Shown: positions 10,101 to 19,275, counted from the first letter of the stretch. The stretch is DNA of 64,000 bases from Bacteroidales bacterium UBA4070 (GCA_002383485.1 DFYY01000012.1:37717-101716); one strand, 5' to 3'. Numbers and translations: made by a program. The notes: generated by a model not told the origin, from the sequence alone.

Positions 10101-10163
10101 CTCTTCTTTATGCTTGTGGCGACGCTGCTATTTGCATTGGTCTACAAAGGACCGAGGTCCTGA
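7128..10163 (+). CDS. TPR repeat + CHAT domain (caspase-like) protein with N-terminal signal peptide and C-terminal TM anchor
   Basis: About 1011 aa counted from ATG 7128 (a TTG lies at 7125). Hydrophobic N-terminus ends in AIALG. There is a long TPR region. CHAT motifs are IIHLAMHTLVD (His), VVLSSCNTGSG (Cys) and HPYYWSALVIYGD. The C-terminal TM is GILFFMLVATLLFALVY followed by KGPRS. Confidence 0.85.
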   Translation: MSLGARIVSIPFLLFAVLCGLPAIALGTWHPGKEVIEGTVIGEKRLRELTDSLSVLLETGSDAPGKAEMASEIEAIISGDVIKDTLLLSDAYYFLGVQHYQSNRFAKAFDCFSISVFYRERLSLSDRRYANGLANMAVSLLKTGDYMRASVLGTKALEAKRAISGSDSSGLVTNYVNLASINLELNETDSAIERAEAGLRIAKLYPDAVPVKVIADLYHVIGLGLYRSQEYNKSLAYCGEALRMYEKDPAASVDSRILMHNTMAQVHRRMGQPREAEAQFLKGLAIRDSQNTQDKFLLYINYAGFLIRNGRAAEGEQVLKSGLDQVSNAFGPDSREYYMMLASAAELVYDDPEDRDRAIAIYDKCLEYVRQNPWDHSMGKFILARYARELSDAGRYARVIDLTDYLAADTMAADAVSEEDFFLLGLRYEALNTLAGRRNNTDLLRQAVATGRRITSLYDRQRLEMSEEDSRTSLSSSARGIYTGLIENYAALYESNGDRESLEGLFEYAERSKVAGFLASMRELNAARFSLPEELTELEAGIRSEIGLYRELMTTERLKAVPDTQRLATWESVTFRLHRSRDSLVNIFEQDYPAYYNLKFRNEVTPLRDVGKVIGQRANLLSYVLTQDRLYIFVANHRRSEVIKKDIDSSFFTLLTRFREMVSTPPDPSGSRAPFNEYMDLAYSLYRILLEPAEPFLAGDKIVISPDNLLSYLPFETLVTEEFRSPGLLYREAPFALKKYRFSYIYSVTLSSETLQRSRSLSNRLIAFAPSYEGVEIDDSLLVSWPSLRGEIHELPYAIMEAEDVVNQCGGRAFTGAEASEGAFKREVKNYKIIHLAMHTLVDDSRPAFSRMLFTPSGGDTEDGMLNTYEVYSLPIKAMMVVLSSCNTGSGMLVNGEGILSLARGFLYAGSRSAVMSMWAVDDISASEVIHSFYRNLRSGQTKSSALRNARLSYLEDALQRRSHPYYWSALVIYGDDTPLWYNRVKLYTGILFFMLVATLLFALVYKGPRS

Positions 10164-10708
10164 TACTCCGTATCTGTTTTTATGATCTCCATCAATGCTT
10201 CCTTGCAGAGGTATTTTTTTCTTCTGGCGTAATCTTCATTCTTAAAACCCATCCTGCGTGCAATCTCCTCATAGGAAAGACCCTCTCCGAAAAGGGTCAG
10301 TATCACCTGACAATCCTCTCCCAGCAGGGCATAGGAGCGGGTGACTATCTGCTCCAGCAGGGCACTGTTTGCCTCTTCTGCTTCAGCATTGTCTTCCGGG
10401 TCAGCCGTGATAGACACCAGCCTTGAACGGTATCTGAGCTGGCTGTTCCATACGTTGCGTGCCACACCGAAGAAATATCCCTTCAGGTCTGTGGTAAGCC
10501 TGAACCCGTCACCTGTGACCTGTTTGTAGATTATGACCACCGTTTCCTGGAGCACCTCATGTGCATCATCATCCGATCCGCTGTTTTTGCTGACGTGATC
10601 ACGGATCATTTCGAAATATGCTTCGTAGAGGTAGGTAAGAATCCTGTTGTCCTGCCTCCTGATACCATCAACGATGTCAGCGTCCGAAAACTTTCTGAAT
10701 AATCCCAA
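10142..10708 (-). CDS. sigma-70 family (ECF-like) RNA polymerase sigma factor
   Basis: 188 aa with a region-2-like N-terminal half, an acidic linker and a region-4 HTH (LSYEEIARRMGFKNEDYARRKKYLCKEAL). The only upstream in-frame start is TTG at 10708. The 3' end overlaps the CHAT gene by 22 nt. Confidence 0.75.
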   Translation of the reverse strand: MGLFRKFSDADIVDGIRRQDNRILTYLYEAYFEMIRDHVSKNSGSDDDAHEVLQETVVIIYKQVTGDGFRLTTDLKGYFFGVARNVWNSQLRYRSRLVSITADPEDNAEAEEANSALLEQIVTRSYALLGEDCQVILTLFGEGLSYEEIARRMGFKNEDYARRKKYLCKEALMEIIKTDTEYQDLGPL

Positions 10709-10725
10709 GCAAGCGGTTTAATAGG

Positions 10726-10733
10726 CAAATATA
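10726..10733 (-). promoter_or_regulatory. candidate Bacteroidota -7 promoter box (TATATTTG) for the sigma factor gene
   Basis: The minus strand reads TATATTTG (TAnnTTTG consensus) 18 nt upstream of the TTG start. Confidence 0.35.
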
Positions 10734-10849
10734 CAATTTCCGCAATCGATTACTGAAAAAAGGAGTTTGGCACAAATTCAACAGCCCTGCCTCAAGCAGG
10801 TAAATAATTGGATATATTTACGGGTTCAAACTTCCACTCTGCAGGTTCA

Positions 10850-13036
10850 ATGGCATATCCTTTCGTAAGGCAATATGATGCAATGGATTGCGGGCCGGCA
10901 TGCATAAGCATGGTAGCCCTGAGTCACGGCAAGCGCCTGTCCCTTGAGACAATCCGGAAGAGAGCATGGATCACCCGTGAGGGAGTCTCTTTACTCGGAC
11001 TGAAAACGGCTGCCGAGAGCATCGGGTTCAGGGCGGCAGGAGTGAAGATACCTTTCAGCAGGCTTGTAAATGATGCTCCGATGCCATGCATTGTGCACTG
11101 GCGGCAGAACCACTTTATTGTGGTTAACAGGGTGAGCAGCAAGACTGTATGGGTGAGTGATCCGGCCATTGGCAGGCTGAAGATGACCCATGACGAGTTT
11201 CTGGAGGGATGGTTGCCTGGCGAGGGTGGTGAAGAACCCACCGGGCTTGCACTGCTGCTGGAGCCGGGCCCCACTTTTGCCGCGTTGCAGGATGACCCTC
11301 CGCCAAAGGGGGGATTTGAATTCCTGTTACCCTATCTGAAACCATACCACCGGCAGATAGTGCTGCTTATTCTCGGATTGATACTGTCGGGTGGCATCCA
11401 GCTTCTTTTTCCCTTCATGACCCAGGCCATCATTGACAGGGGGATTGCTGGCCGTGACATAAGTTTCATATGGCTCATTCTTGCAGGTCAGCTGGCCCTG
11501 ACACTTGGCAGGCTGGCTGTCGAGTTCACCAGGGGATGGCTCATTCTTCACGCAGGATCGCGACTGAACATCACAATCGTTTCGGATTTCCTGGCGAGGC
11601 TGATGGGTCTGCCCATTGCATACTTTGACACGAAGCTTAACGGAGACATTCTGCAACGCATTGATGACAACAGCAGGATAGAGAGTTACCTGACATCTTC
11701 GAGCCTTGCCATTCTCTTCTCGCTCTTCAACTTCATTGTCTTCGGAGTGGTTCTGGGCATATACAGTCTTAAGGTTCTGCTTGTTTTCCTGGCCGGCACT
11801 GCCCTTTACGTACTGTATGTGACTCTCTTCATGCCGGCCAGGGAGAGGCTTGACAACATCCGTTTCATGCAGATGGCTGAGGCTGGCAACCGGATGATAA
11901 ACATAGTGAACGGCATGCAGGAGATAAAACTGGCAGGCAATGAAGCCTCCAACAGGAGGGAGTGGGAATCGATGCAGAAAGAGATCTATGCCACCCGTGT
12001 GCGCGGACTCCGTATCATGCAGTTTCAGACTGCGGGAGGAACGCTTATTCACGAATCAGTAAACATCATTATCACGGTTATATCGGCCACGCTGGTTATC
12101 AACGGTTCACTGACCCTCGGCATGATGCTTGCCGTGCAGTTCATAACGGGGCAGCTTAACGGTCCGGTATCACAGATTGTCAGCTTCATGAGAGCTACCC
12201 AGGATGCACAGATAAGCCTCGGAAGACTGGCGGAGGTGCATGCCATGGAACCGGAGGAGGCGGAGGGGAGGAATGGAGAGTCTGAGATGCCTGAAAAAGC
12301 AGATATTGAGATAAGTAACCTTTCTTTCCAGTATGAGGGTCCCGGCTCTCCCTGGGTTCTGCGGAACCTGGACCTGGTCATCCCGGCCGGGAAGATCACT
12401 GCCGTGGTGGGTGAGAGTGGTTCGGGTAAGACCACGCTCCTGAAGATGCTGCTTGGATACTATCCTCCTGCCGGGGGATGCATAACAGTGGGGGGAAGGC
12501 AACTTGACGGAATAAGCATCTCTTCGCTGCGGCGAAACACAGGCGCCGTGATGCAGGAAGGATACATCTTTCCGGATACGATACTCGGTAACATTGCTCC
12601 GGGTGAGGATAACCCGGATATTGACAGTGTGGCCGAGGCTGTGAAAGTGGCCAGCCTGAAACAGCTTCTGGACGAACTCCCTTCAGGCCTGCAGACCCGT
12701 GTGGGACAGGGCGGCCACGGACTCAGCCAGGGACAGCGGCAACGCATTCTCATAGCCAGGGTGGTTTACAAGCAGCCCTCCCTGCTGCTTCTCGATGAAG
12801 CCACCAGTGCCCTTGATGCCTCAAATGAAAGAATGATTGTTGAGAATCTTGCCGGGTTCTATGCCGGCAGGACGGCGGTCATCGTGGCTCACAGGCTGAG
12901 CACGGTACGGCATGCTGACAGAATCGTGGTGCTTGAAGGCGGAAGAGTGACAGAGTCCGGTTCCCACGCCGAACTCGCTGCGCTTAAGGGGACCTATTAC
13001 AGGCTCATAAAAGATCAGCTTGAGCTTGGACGCTGA
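10850..13036 (+). CDS. peptidase C39 domain-containing ABC transporter (bacteriocin/peptide exporter type)
   Basis: C39 residues are intact: QYDAMDCGPACI (Cys), QNHFIVV (His), VSDPA (Asp). Six-TM ABC membrane domain. Walker A GESGSGKTT, signature LSQGQRQR, Walker B LLLLDEATSALD. ATG 10850 is preferred over TTG 10808. Confidence 0.9.
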   Translation: MAYPFVRQYDAMDCGPACISMVALSHGKRLSLETIRKRAWITREGVSLLGLKTAAESIGFRAAGVKIPFSRLVNDAPMPCIVHWRQNHFIVVNRVSSKTVWVSDPAIGRLKMTHDEFLEGWLPGEGGEEPTGLALLLEPGPTFAALQDDPPPKGGFEFLLPYLKPYHRQIVLLILGLILSGGIQLLFPFMTQAIIDRGIAGRDISFIWLILAGQLALTLGRLAVEFTRGWLILHAGSRLNITIVSDFLARLMGLPIAYFDTKLNGDILQRIDDNSRIESYLTSSSLAILFSLFNFIVFGVVLGIYSLKVLLVFLAGTALYVLYVTLFMPARERLDNIRFMQMAEAGNRMINIVNGMQEIKLAGNEASNRREWESMQKEIYATRVRGLRIMQFQTAGGTLIHESVNIIITVISATLVINGSLTLGMMLAVQFITGQLNGPVSQIVSFMRATQDAQISLGRLAEVHAMEPEEAEGRNGESEMPEKADIEISNLSFQYEGPGSPWVLRNLDLVIPAGKITAVVGESGSGKTTLLKMLLGYYPPAGGCITVGGRQLDGISISSLRRNTGAVMQEGYIFPDTILGNIAPGEDNPDIDSVAEAVKVASLKQLLDELPSGLQTRVGQGGHGLSQGQRQRILIARVVYKQPSLLLLDEATSALDASNERMIVENLAGFYAGRTAVIVAHRLSTVRHADRIVVLEGGRVTESGSHAELAALKGTYYRLIKDQLELGR

Positions 13037-13045
13037 CTTTTTGCC

Positions 13046-13228
13046 TTACTTCTTCCCGGAATATGGTTCGTAATCATCAGGCTGATCCCTGAGGCCGCCT
13101 CTCTTTCCAAAACCAGTACCCGGTTTTCCGGTTAAACCGTCATTTTTTTTCTTCGCGTACTTGCGATAGAGTGAAAAGCCGGCGAAGACAAAAGCTGCCG
13201 CCAGGATTATGTAGTCTTTGTTTTCCAT
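13046..13228 (-). CDS. small membrane protein, 60 aa (hypothetical)
   Basis: Internal ATG of the 109-aa track ORF. Translation is MENKDYIILAAAFVFAGFSLY followed by a Lys/Gly-rich tail. One TM segment. Confidence 0.4.
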   Translation of the reverse strand: MENKDYIILAAAFVFAGFSLYRKYAKKKNDGLTGKPGTGFGKRGGLRDQPDDYEPYSGKK

Positions 13229-13411
13229 AGGTAAATGACCTGAAACTTGAATGACAAATTTAAGCATTTTGGAGATTGACCGGAGCCGCATTTCATTTAA
13301 ATGTTGTATTGGTTTGAGTTTTACCAATAATCCATTATTTTCGTGGTTTGAAAAATGGAGGGGAATTGCATGCAATCCTTCTTTGTATGAAGCACTGAAG
13401 AAAAGGGATTA

Positions 13412-15526
13412 ATGATGACTACAAAAAATCCGGGAGATTCTGTTCATGATGAACAATTCGACGGAACTGAAAAGGCCGCCGAATCTACGCAAGAGACAAA
13501 TGATGCTGAAGCTTTGCCTGTAATGCCGGCGGATGACCTCCGCACAGGGGATGATGAGACCCGCATGGAAACCATAGAGGCTGACGAGACTGAAGTTGCC
13601 GAACAGTCCGAAGAACAGACTGCAACAGCTGAAGATGCCGAAGAACAGGCTGCAACAGCTGAACAGACCGAAGAAATTACTGCAACAGCTGAAAATGCCG
13701 AAGAACAGGCTGCAACAGCTGAACAGGGCAAAGAGGAGACTGTTGTTGCTGAACGGGCTGAGGAAGAATCGGTCAACTATGACGAGATCGAACTGCCTCC
13801 GGTGGATTACAGCGGTTTCTCAAGAAAGGATCTGGTGGAGACACTGGCCCTGATAGTTGAGAACAGACCACCGGCAGAGATCATTGACGATGTTGCCCGC
13901 ATCAAGGAGTTCTTCTACAAGAAGACGAAGGCAGAGTTCAATGAAAAGCGGCTGAATTTTGCGAAGGAAGGAGGTAACATAGAGGATTACAAATCCGAGC
14001 CGGATGAACTGGAAAACAGGATAAAGGGGATCCTGGAGACTTACCGCAACCGCAGGAGTGATTTCAACAGGATACAGGAAAGCGAAAAGCAGGATAACCT
14101 GCGCAGGAAGCTTGAGATAATCGAACAGATAAAGGATCTGGTCAACCGCGAGGAAGCCATAAACAAGACCTTTCAGGAGTTTCGCAACCTGCAGAGCGCA
14201 TGGCATAACACGGGCATTGTTCCTCAGACAGCCGTCAAGGATCTGTGGGAGAACTATCACCACAGCGTGGAGATGTTCTATGATTACATCAAGATCAACC
14301 GTGAGCTCAGAGACCTTGACCTGAGGAAGAACCTCGAGTCCAAGATAGTTCTCTGTGAAAAGGCAGAGGAACTCCTGATGGAGCCCAACGCCGTTACAGC
14401 GTTCAAGCTTCTCCAGGATTACCATAACCAATGGCGGGAGATCGGTCCGGTACCGCATGAGAACAAGAACGATGTCTGGGAGCGCTTTCGCGAAGCCACA
14501 ACCAAGGTAAACAAGAGGCACCATGAGTACTTTGAGAAACAAAAGGATGACCAGAAGAAGAACCTCGATGCAAAAACTGCCCTCTGCGAAAAGGTAGAAG
14601 AGATTGCTGCAGGCGAAATACTCACTTTTGCCGATTTCAAGGAAAAATCCGATGCCATTCTTGAGTGTCAGAAGCTCTGGAAGACAATCGGTTTCGCCCC
14701 GAAGAAGCACAACAACAAGATATACCAGCGGTTCAGGACCGCCTGCGACAGCTTCTTTGAGAAGAAGCGCACATTCTTTGCCGACAGCAAAGAGATACAG
14801 GTAAAGAACCTTCAGATCAAGACAGAACTATGCCTCAAGGCTGAAGCCCTTCAGGAGAGCACTGACTGGAAAGAGACCTCCGAAATGCTCATCCGGCTTC
14901 AGAAGGAGTGGAAGGAGACTGGACCGGTGCCGAAAAAATATTCAGAGAAAATATGGAAACGGTTCCGTAAGGCATGTGACACCTTCTTTACAAGGAAGTC
15001 TGAATATTTTGCCGGCAGGGATACTTCATACGAAGACAACCTGAAATCCAAGCTGGCAATCATCGAAGAGCTCGAGGCCTTTGACCCGGGTGATGACATG
15101 AAGGCAGGCTTTGAAAAGCTTAAGGATATCCAGAAACGGTGGACTGAGATCGGTTATGTTCCCTTCAACAGGAAGGAGGAGATAGCATGGCGTTACAAGG
15201 AGGCTCTCAATAAGAAGTTTGACAAACTGAAGCTTGATGACGAGGACAAGAATATCCTTCGGTACAGGAGCAAGGTAGACAATGCCAGATCCAATCCCCG
15301 TGCCGCCAGTAAGGTGAGAAACGAGCGCGAGAAGTTCTACAGCAGGATCAAACAGTTGGAGAGTGATATTGTTCTCTGGGAAAACAATATCGGGTTCTTT
15401 GCCAAATCGGCCAAAGCTGACACCATGATCAAAGAGGTTGAGGAGAAAATTGCAGAAGCTAAGAGAAACATCAAGATTCTCGAAGAGAAGGTAAAGCTGA
15501 TTGACAACTCGATGTACGAAGATTAG
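13412..15526 (+). CDS. DUF349 repeat protein with acidic repetitive N-terminus
   Basis: 704 aa. At least five repeats of the type W(K/R)E.GP.P.....(I/V)W.RFR.ACD.FF, for example KIYQRFRTACDSFF and KIWKRFRKACDTFF. Confidence 0.8.
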   Translation: MMTTKNPGDSVHDEQFDGTEKAAESTQETNDAEALPVMPADDLRTGDDETRMETIEADETEVAEQSEEQTATAEDAEEQAATAEQTEEITATAENAEEQAATAEQGKEETVVAERAEEESVNYDEIELPPVDYSGFSRKDLVETLALIVENRPPAEIIDDVARIKEFFYKKTKAEFNEKRLNFAKEGGNIEDYKSEPDELENRIKGILETYRNRRSDFNRIQESEKQDNLRRKLEIIEQIKDLVNREEAINKTFQEFRNLQSAWHNTGIVPQTAVKDLWENYHHSVEMFYDYIKINRELRDLDLRKNLESKIVLCEKAEELLMEPNAVTAFKLLQDYHNQWREIGPVPHENKNDVWERFREATTKVNKRHHEYFEKQKDDQKKNLDAKTALCEKVEEIAAGEILTFADFKEKSDAILECQKLWKTIGFAPKKHNNKIYQRFRTACDSFFEKKRTFFADSKEIQVKNLQIKTELCLKAEALQESTDWKETSEMLIRLQKEWKETGPVPKKYSEKIWKRFRKACDTFFTRKSEYFAGRDTSYEDNLKSKLAIIEELEAFDPGDDMKAGFEKLKDIQKRWTEIGYVPFNRKEEIAWRYKEALNKKFDKLKLDDEDKNILRYRSKVDNARSNPRAASKVRNEREKFYSRIKQLESDIVLWENNIGFFAKSAKADTMIKEVEEKIAEAKRNIKILEEKVKLIDNSMYED
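13621..13740 (+). repeat. in-frame tandem repeat, 2 x 60 nt (30-nt sub-period), encoding TATAE(D/N)AEEQAATAEQ
   Basis: Segments 13621-13680 and 13681-13740 align directly, with 45 of the first 46 nt identical. The repeat lies inside the DUF349 gene. Confidence 0.9.
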
Positions 15527-15563
15527 TATTTCTCACTCCCGATAAGAAAAAAAAGGATCAGCT

Positions 15564-17207
15564 GTGACGGATGTAAAATATATTTTTGTTACCGGCGGAG
15601 TTACCTCTTCACTGGGCAAGGGGATTATTTCCGCCTCCCTTGCGAAACTGCTGCAGGCTCGAGGTTATTCTGTCACCATCCAGAAGCTTGATCCCTATAT
15701 AAATGTTGATCCCGGCACGCTGAATCCCTACGAGCACGGTGAGTGTTTCGTTACTGTAGATGGGGCGGAGACCGATCTTGATCTTGGTCATTATGAACGT
15801 TTTCTGAACGTTCATACAACACAGGCCAACAATGTCACTACAGGCAGAATTTACCAGTCCGTAATCAATAAGGAGCGGAAGGGTGATTACCTTGGCAAGA
15901 CCGTTCAGGTCATTCCTCATATCACCGATGAGATAAAGCGGAGTATTAAGCTCGTCGGTTCCGGAGGAAGTTACGAGATAGTAATCACGGAGATCGGCGG
16001 GACGGTTGGCGACATTGAATCGCTGCCCTACATAGAAGCCGTAAGGCAGCTGCGCTGGGAGCTTGGTCCTCAGAACTGCATCGTCATTCATCTTACGCTT
16101 GTGCCTTTCCTTCATGCTTCCGGAGAGTTGAAGACAAAGCCCACGCAGCATTCAGTCAAGATGCTGCTGGAGGAGGGAATTCAGCCTGACGTCCTGGTAC
16201 TCAGAACCGAACATCCCCTCACCGATGACCTCAGAAGGAAGGTTGCGCTCTTCTGCAACGTCGAAGCCGGAGCCGTGGTTGAGTCAATAGACGTCTCAAC
16301 GATCTACGAGGTGCCCATCCGCATGCAGAAGGAGATGCTTGACCAGACGGTTCTGCGCAAGCTGGGTCTGCCTGCAGGTGAAGAGCCCCCGCTTTTAGAG
16401 TGGAAAGAGTTCCTTCACAAGCTTAAAAATCCTTCGCACAGGCTGAAAGTGGCCCTTGTCGGCAAGTATGTCGAGCTGGCTGACGCCTACAAATCGATCA
16501 CTGAAGCATTTGTACATGCAGGTGCTGCCAACGAGGCAGCTGTTGAACTGACAATGATCCACTCGGAGGAGATCACTGAAAACAACTTTATTGAAAGACT
16601 GGCAGGATTTGACGGGATTGTGGTTGCGCCGGGGTTCGGTTCACGCGGTATTGAGGGAAAGATACTGACAGTTAACTATGCACGCACGAATGACATACCT
16701 TTCCTGGGAATCTGCCTGGGCATGCAATGCGCCGTGATAGAATTTGCACGGAATGTGCTGGGTCTGGAAGGTGCACACTCCACTGAGATAAATCCCAAGG
16801 CAAAGCATCCCGTCATTGATCTTATGGAGGAACAGAAGAGTGTGACGGAGAAGGGCGGCACAATGAGGCTTGGCAGCTACAGTTGCGAGCTGCTGCACGG
16901 CTCCGAATCATGGAAATGCTACAGGAAAGAGGAGGTGGCAGAACGGCACCGCCACAGGTACGAATTCAATAACAAATATCTGGCAGACTTTCGCAGTGCC
17001 GGCATGCTTCCGTGCGGTACCAATCCGCAATCGGGGCTTGTTGAGATCATGGAGATCCCGTCTCACAGCTGGTTCGTAGGAGTACAATTTCACCCAGAAT
17101 ACAGCAGCACCGTGGTGAAGCCTCATCCTCTATTCGTGGGATTTGTCAGGGCCTGCATCAAAAAAAAAGCAACAATAGATAAAAGGGAAAAAAAGACTAA
17201 TGGATAG
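15564..17207 (+). CDS. pyrG: CTP synthase
   Basis: 547 aa. [17 protein letters not shown]-terminus, GATase active site GICLGMQ, and [11 protein letters not shown] start. Confidence 0.95.
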   Translation: MTDVKYIFVTGGVTSSLGKGIISASLAKLLQARGYSVTIQKLDPYINVDPGTLNPYEHGECFVTVDGAETDLDLGHYERFLNVHTTQANNVTTGRIYQSVINKERKGDYLGKTVQVIPHITDEIKRSIKLVGSGGSYEIVITEIGGTVGDIESLPYIEAVRQLRWELGPQNCIVIHLTLVPFLHASGELKTKPTQHSVKMLLEEGIQPDVLVLRTEHPLTDDLRRKVALFCNVEAGAVVESIDVSTIYEVPIRMQKEMLDQTVLRKLGLPAGEEPPLLEWKEFLHKLKNPSHRLKVALVGKYVELADAYKSITEAFVHAGAANEAAVELTMIHSEEITENNFIERLAGFDGIVVAPGFGSRGIEGKILTVNYARTNDIPFLGICLGMQCAVIEFARNVLGLEGAHSTEINPKAKHPVIDLMEEQKSVTEKGGTMRLGSYSCELLHGSESWKCYRKEEVAERHRHRYEFNNKYLADFRSAGMLPCGTNPQSGLVEIMEIPSHSWFVGVQFHPEYSSTVVKPHPLFVGFVRACIKKKATIDKREKKTNG

Positions 17208-19176
17208 GAATACAGTTACCGGCATCATACTTATTTTTCTGATCTTTCTCGGCTTCAGTCTGTATAACAATCACAGGACCGGGAAATTTTTCGAAGCTGA
17301 AACGGAATATGCAGACTCTCTGTACGCTGCCGGAAATTATGACGAGGCACGGGAGTCATACATCAGGGCGCTGAACTTCAAGCCCAAAGATCAGCCCACC
17401 ATCAATAAGGTGATGGAGCTCAACACCAGGCTCGGCCTCAGAACGGAGACCCCTCAGATACAGGCGGCAACAGTCACCTCTGACACCGCTGCCACTGCTT
17501 CAGCCATGCCTGTCCCTGTGACAGACAGCAATGCCTACGGAGTCTTTTCAGCCCGCGTCACCGGAGAAGAAGGGTTATATACTCTGGAAAATGACCTGAT
17601 GGTAATGAAAGTCTCTGCCAGTGGCGGTAAGCCATATTCGGTGATGCTGAAGAATTACACAACACATGACGGACGGCCTGTTGTACTCTTTGACGGTGAC
17701 TCAACTGTGTTCGGATTCAAATTCTTTACTGTAGACAATAAACCCATCAGGACTGATGAGCTTTATTTTGCCCCGGTGGACTATAACGGCACAGTAACGG
17801 CGACCAGCGGACCGGCCAGTCTGACAATGAGGCTCGAGGCCGCCAGCGGTGGCTATATTGACTATATCTATACAATGCTCCCCGGGGAGTACATGGTCAA
17901 TTTTGAGTCCAGGTTCAGCGGACTTGCCCCGGTGATACCTGCAAATACCACTTCGATGGCTCTTGACTGGAAGATGTATATTCCGCAGCAGGAGAAGGGA
18001 AGGCAGAATGAGGATATGTACACCGGACTGAAGTATAAGGTCTATCAGGAGGGTGTGGAGGACCTTGGCGGTGTGCGGATGCAGAGGCAGAAAAAGGATG
18101 TGGTATCGGAAAGCCTGATGAAGACTGACTGGATAGCATACAAGGATCAGTTCTTCTCCTCTGTTGTCATTGCGGAAGACTTCTTCATCAATGCTGCAGT
18201 CAAATCAACCAATGCCAACCCGACATCGAAATACCTGAGGTTCTTCGAGTCTGAGATAGGTGTTCCTTACACCCACGGTGACAACAGTACCGTGAACATG
18301 AAGTTCTATTTCGGCCCCAACAGCTTCACGCTCATGAAGAAGTATGATATGCAGCTTGAAGAGCTTGTATTCCTTGGCCGGAACATAATACGTTGGATCA
18401 ACCAGTTTGTGATTATCCCGATCTTCAATGTGCTGGATAACTTTATTGTCAATTACGGACTGATAATCCTGATCCTGACCCTCATAATCAAGGCTGTCCT
18501 ATTCCCGCTTACGCACAAGTCGTTTATCAGTCAGGCCAAGATGAGGGTGATGAAGCCGATGGTTGACGAGCTTGCGAAAAAGTATCCGAAGCAGGAGGAT
18601 GCCATGAAGAAGCAGCAGGCTACCATGGATCTCTACAAGAAGGCCGGTGTAAGCCCGATGGGAGGATGTCTGCCTATGTTGCTTCAGATGCCTATCCTCT
18701 TTGCCATGTTCCGTTTCTTCCCCACCTCCATAGAGCTGAGGCACCAGGGATTTCTCTGGGCAAAGGACCTGTCAACCTACGACAGCATACTTGATCTTCC
18801 CTTCACCATACCTATGTACGGTGACCATGTAAGTCTCTTCACCCTGCTAATGACCGCATCGACACTCATATCAACCAAGATCACCAATCCGTCAGGCGGC
18901 CAGGAACAGATGCCGGGGATGAAGACGATGATGTACCTTATGCCTGTGATGTTCATGCTCATACTGAACAACTTCTCAGCCGGTCTTACATATTATTACT
19001 TCCTTGCTAACGTAATTACGATTATCCAGACTCAGGTGTCACGCCGTTTCGTAAATGAGAATGAGATACTTAAGAAGATTGAAGAAAACAGGAAGAAGCC
19101 TGTGAAAAAATCAAAGTGGCAGCAGCGTCTTGAAGAGGCTTCGAAGCGCGGCGGACGCCCCTTGCCTAAAAAATAG
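17200..19176 (+). CDS. yidC: membrane protein insertase YidC
   Basis: 658 aa. N-terminal TM, large periplasmic domain, and a conserved C-terminal core ([35 protein letters not shown]). Confidence 0.9.
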   Translation: MDRNTVTGIILIFLIFLGFSLYNNHRTGKFFEAETEYADSLYAAGNYDEARESYIRALNFKPKDQPTINKVMELNTRLGLRTETPQIQAATVTSDTAATASAMPVPVTDSNAYGVFSARVTGEEGLYTLENDLMVMKVSASGGKPYSVMLKNYTTHDGRPVVLFDGDSTVFGFKFFTVDNKPIRTDELYFAPVDYNGTVTATSGPASLTMRLEAASGGYIDYIYTMLPGEYMVNFESRFSGLAPVIPANTTSMALDWKMYIPQQEKGRQNEDMYTGLKYKVYQEGVEDLGGVRMQRQKKDVVSESLMKTDWIAYKDQFFSSVVIAEDFFINAAVKSTNANPTSKYLRFFESEIGVPYTHGDNSTVNMKFYFGPNSFTLMKKYDMQLEELVFLGRNIIRWINQFVIIPIFNVLDNFIVNYGLIILILTLIIKAVLFPLTHKSFISQAKMRVMKPMVDELAKKYPKQEDAMKKQQATMDLYKKAGVSPMGGCLPMLLQMPILFAMFRFFPTSIELRHQGFLWAKDLSTYDSILDLPFTIPMYGDHVSLFTLLMTASTLISTKITNPSGGQEQMPGMKTMMYLMPVMFMLILNNFSAGLTYYYFLANVITIIQTQVSRRFVNENEILKKIEENRKKPVKKSKWQQRLEEASKRGGRPLPKK

Positions 19177-19275
19177 TCTGCAAAAACTGCTTTTCAACAT
19201 TTTTTAACATTTTACTGCTAAAGTTCCATGTTTCTAAAAAAATAAAGCTAATTTCGTGCTTTAATTTTAAATGAA

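Noticed and set aside
5010-13036. Possibility that the TPR-CHAT and sigma genes belong to a type III-E CRISPR (Craspase) locus
   Set aside because: No Cas7-11/gRAMP-sized gene, no Csx30/Csx31-like genes recognisable to me, and no CRISPR repeat array anywhere in the 64 kb. The CHAT protein also has signal and TM segments, unlike Csx29.
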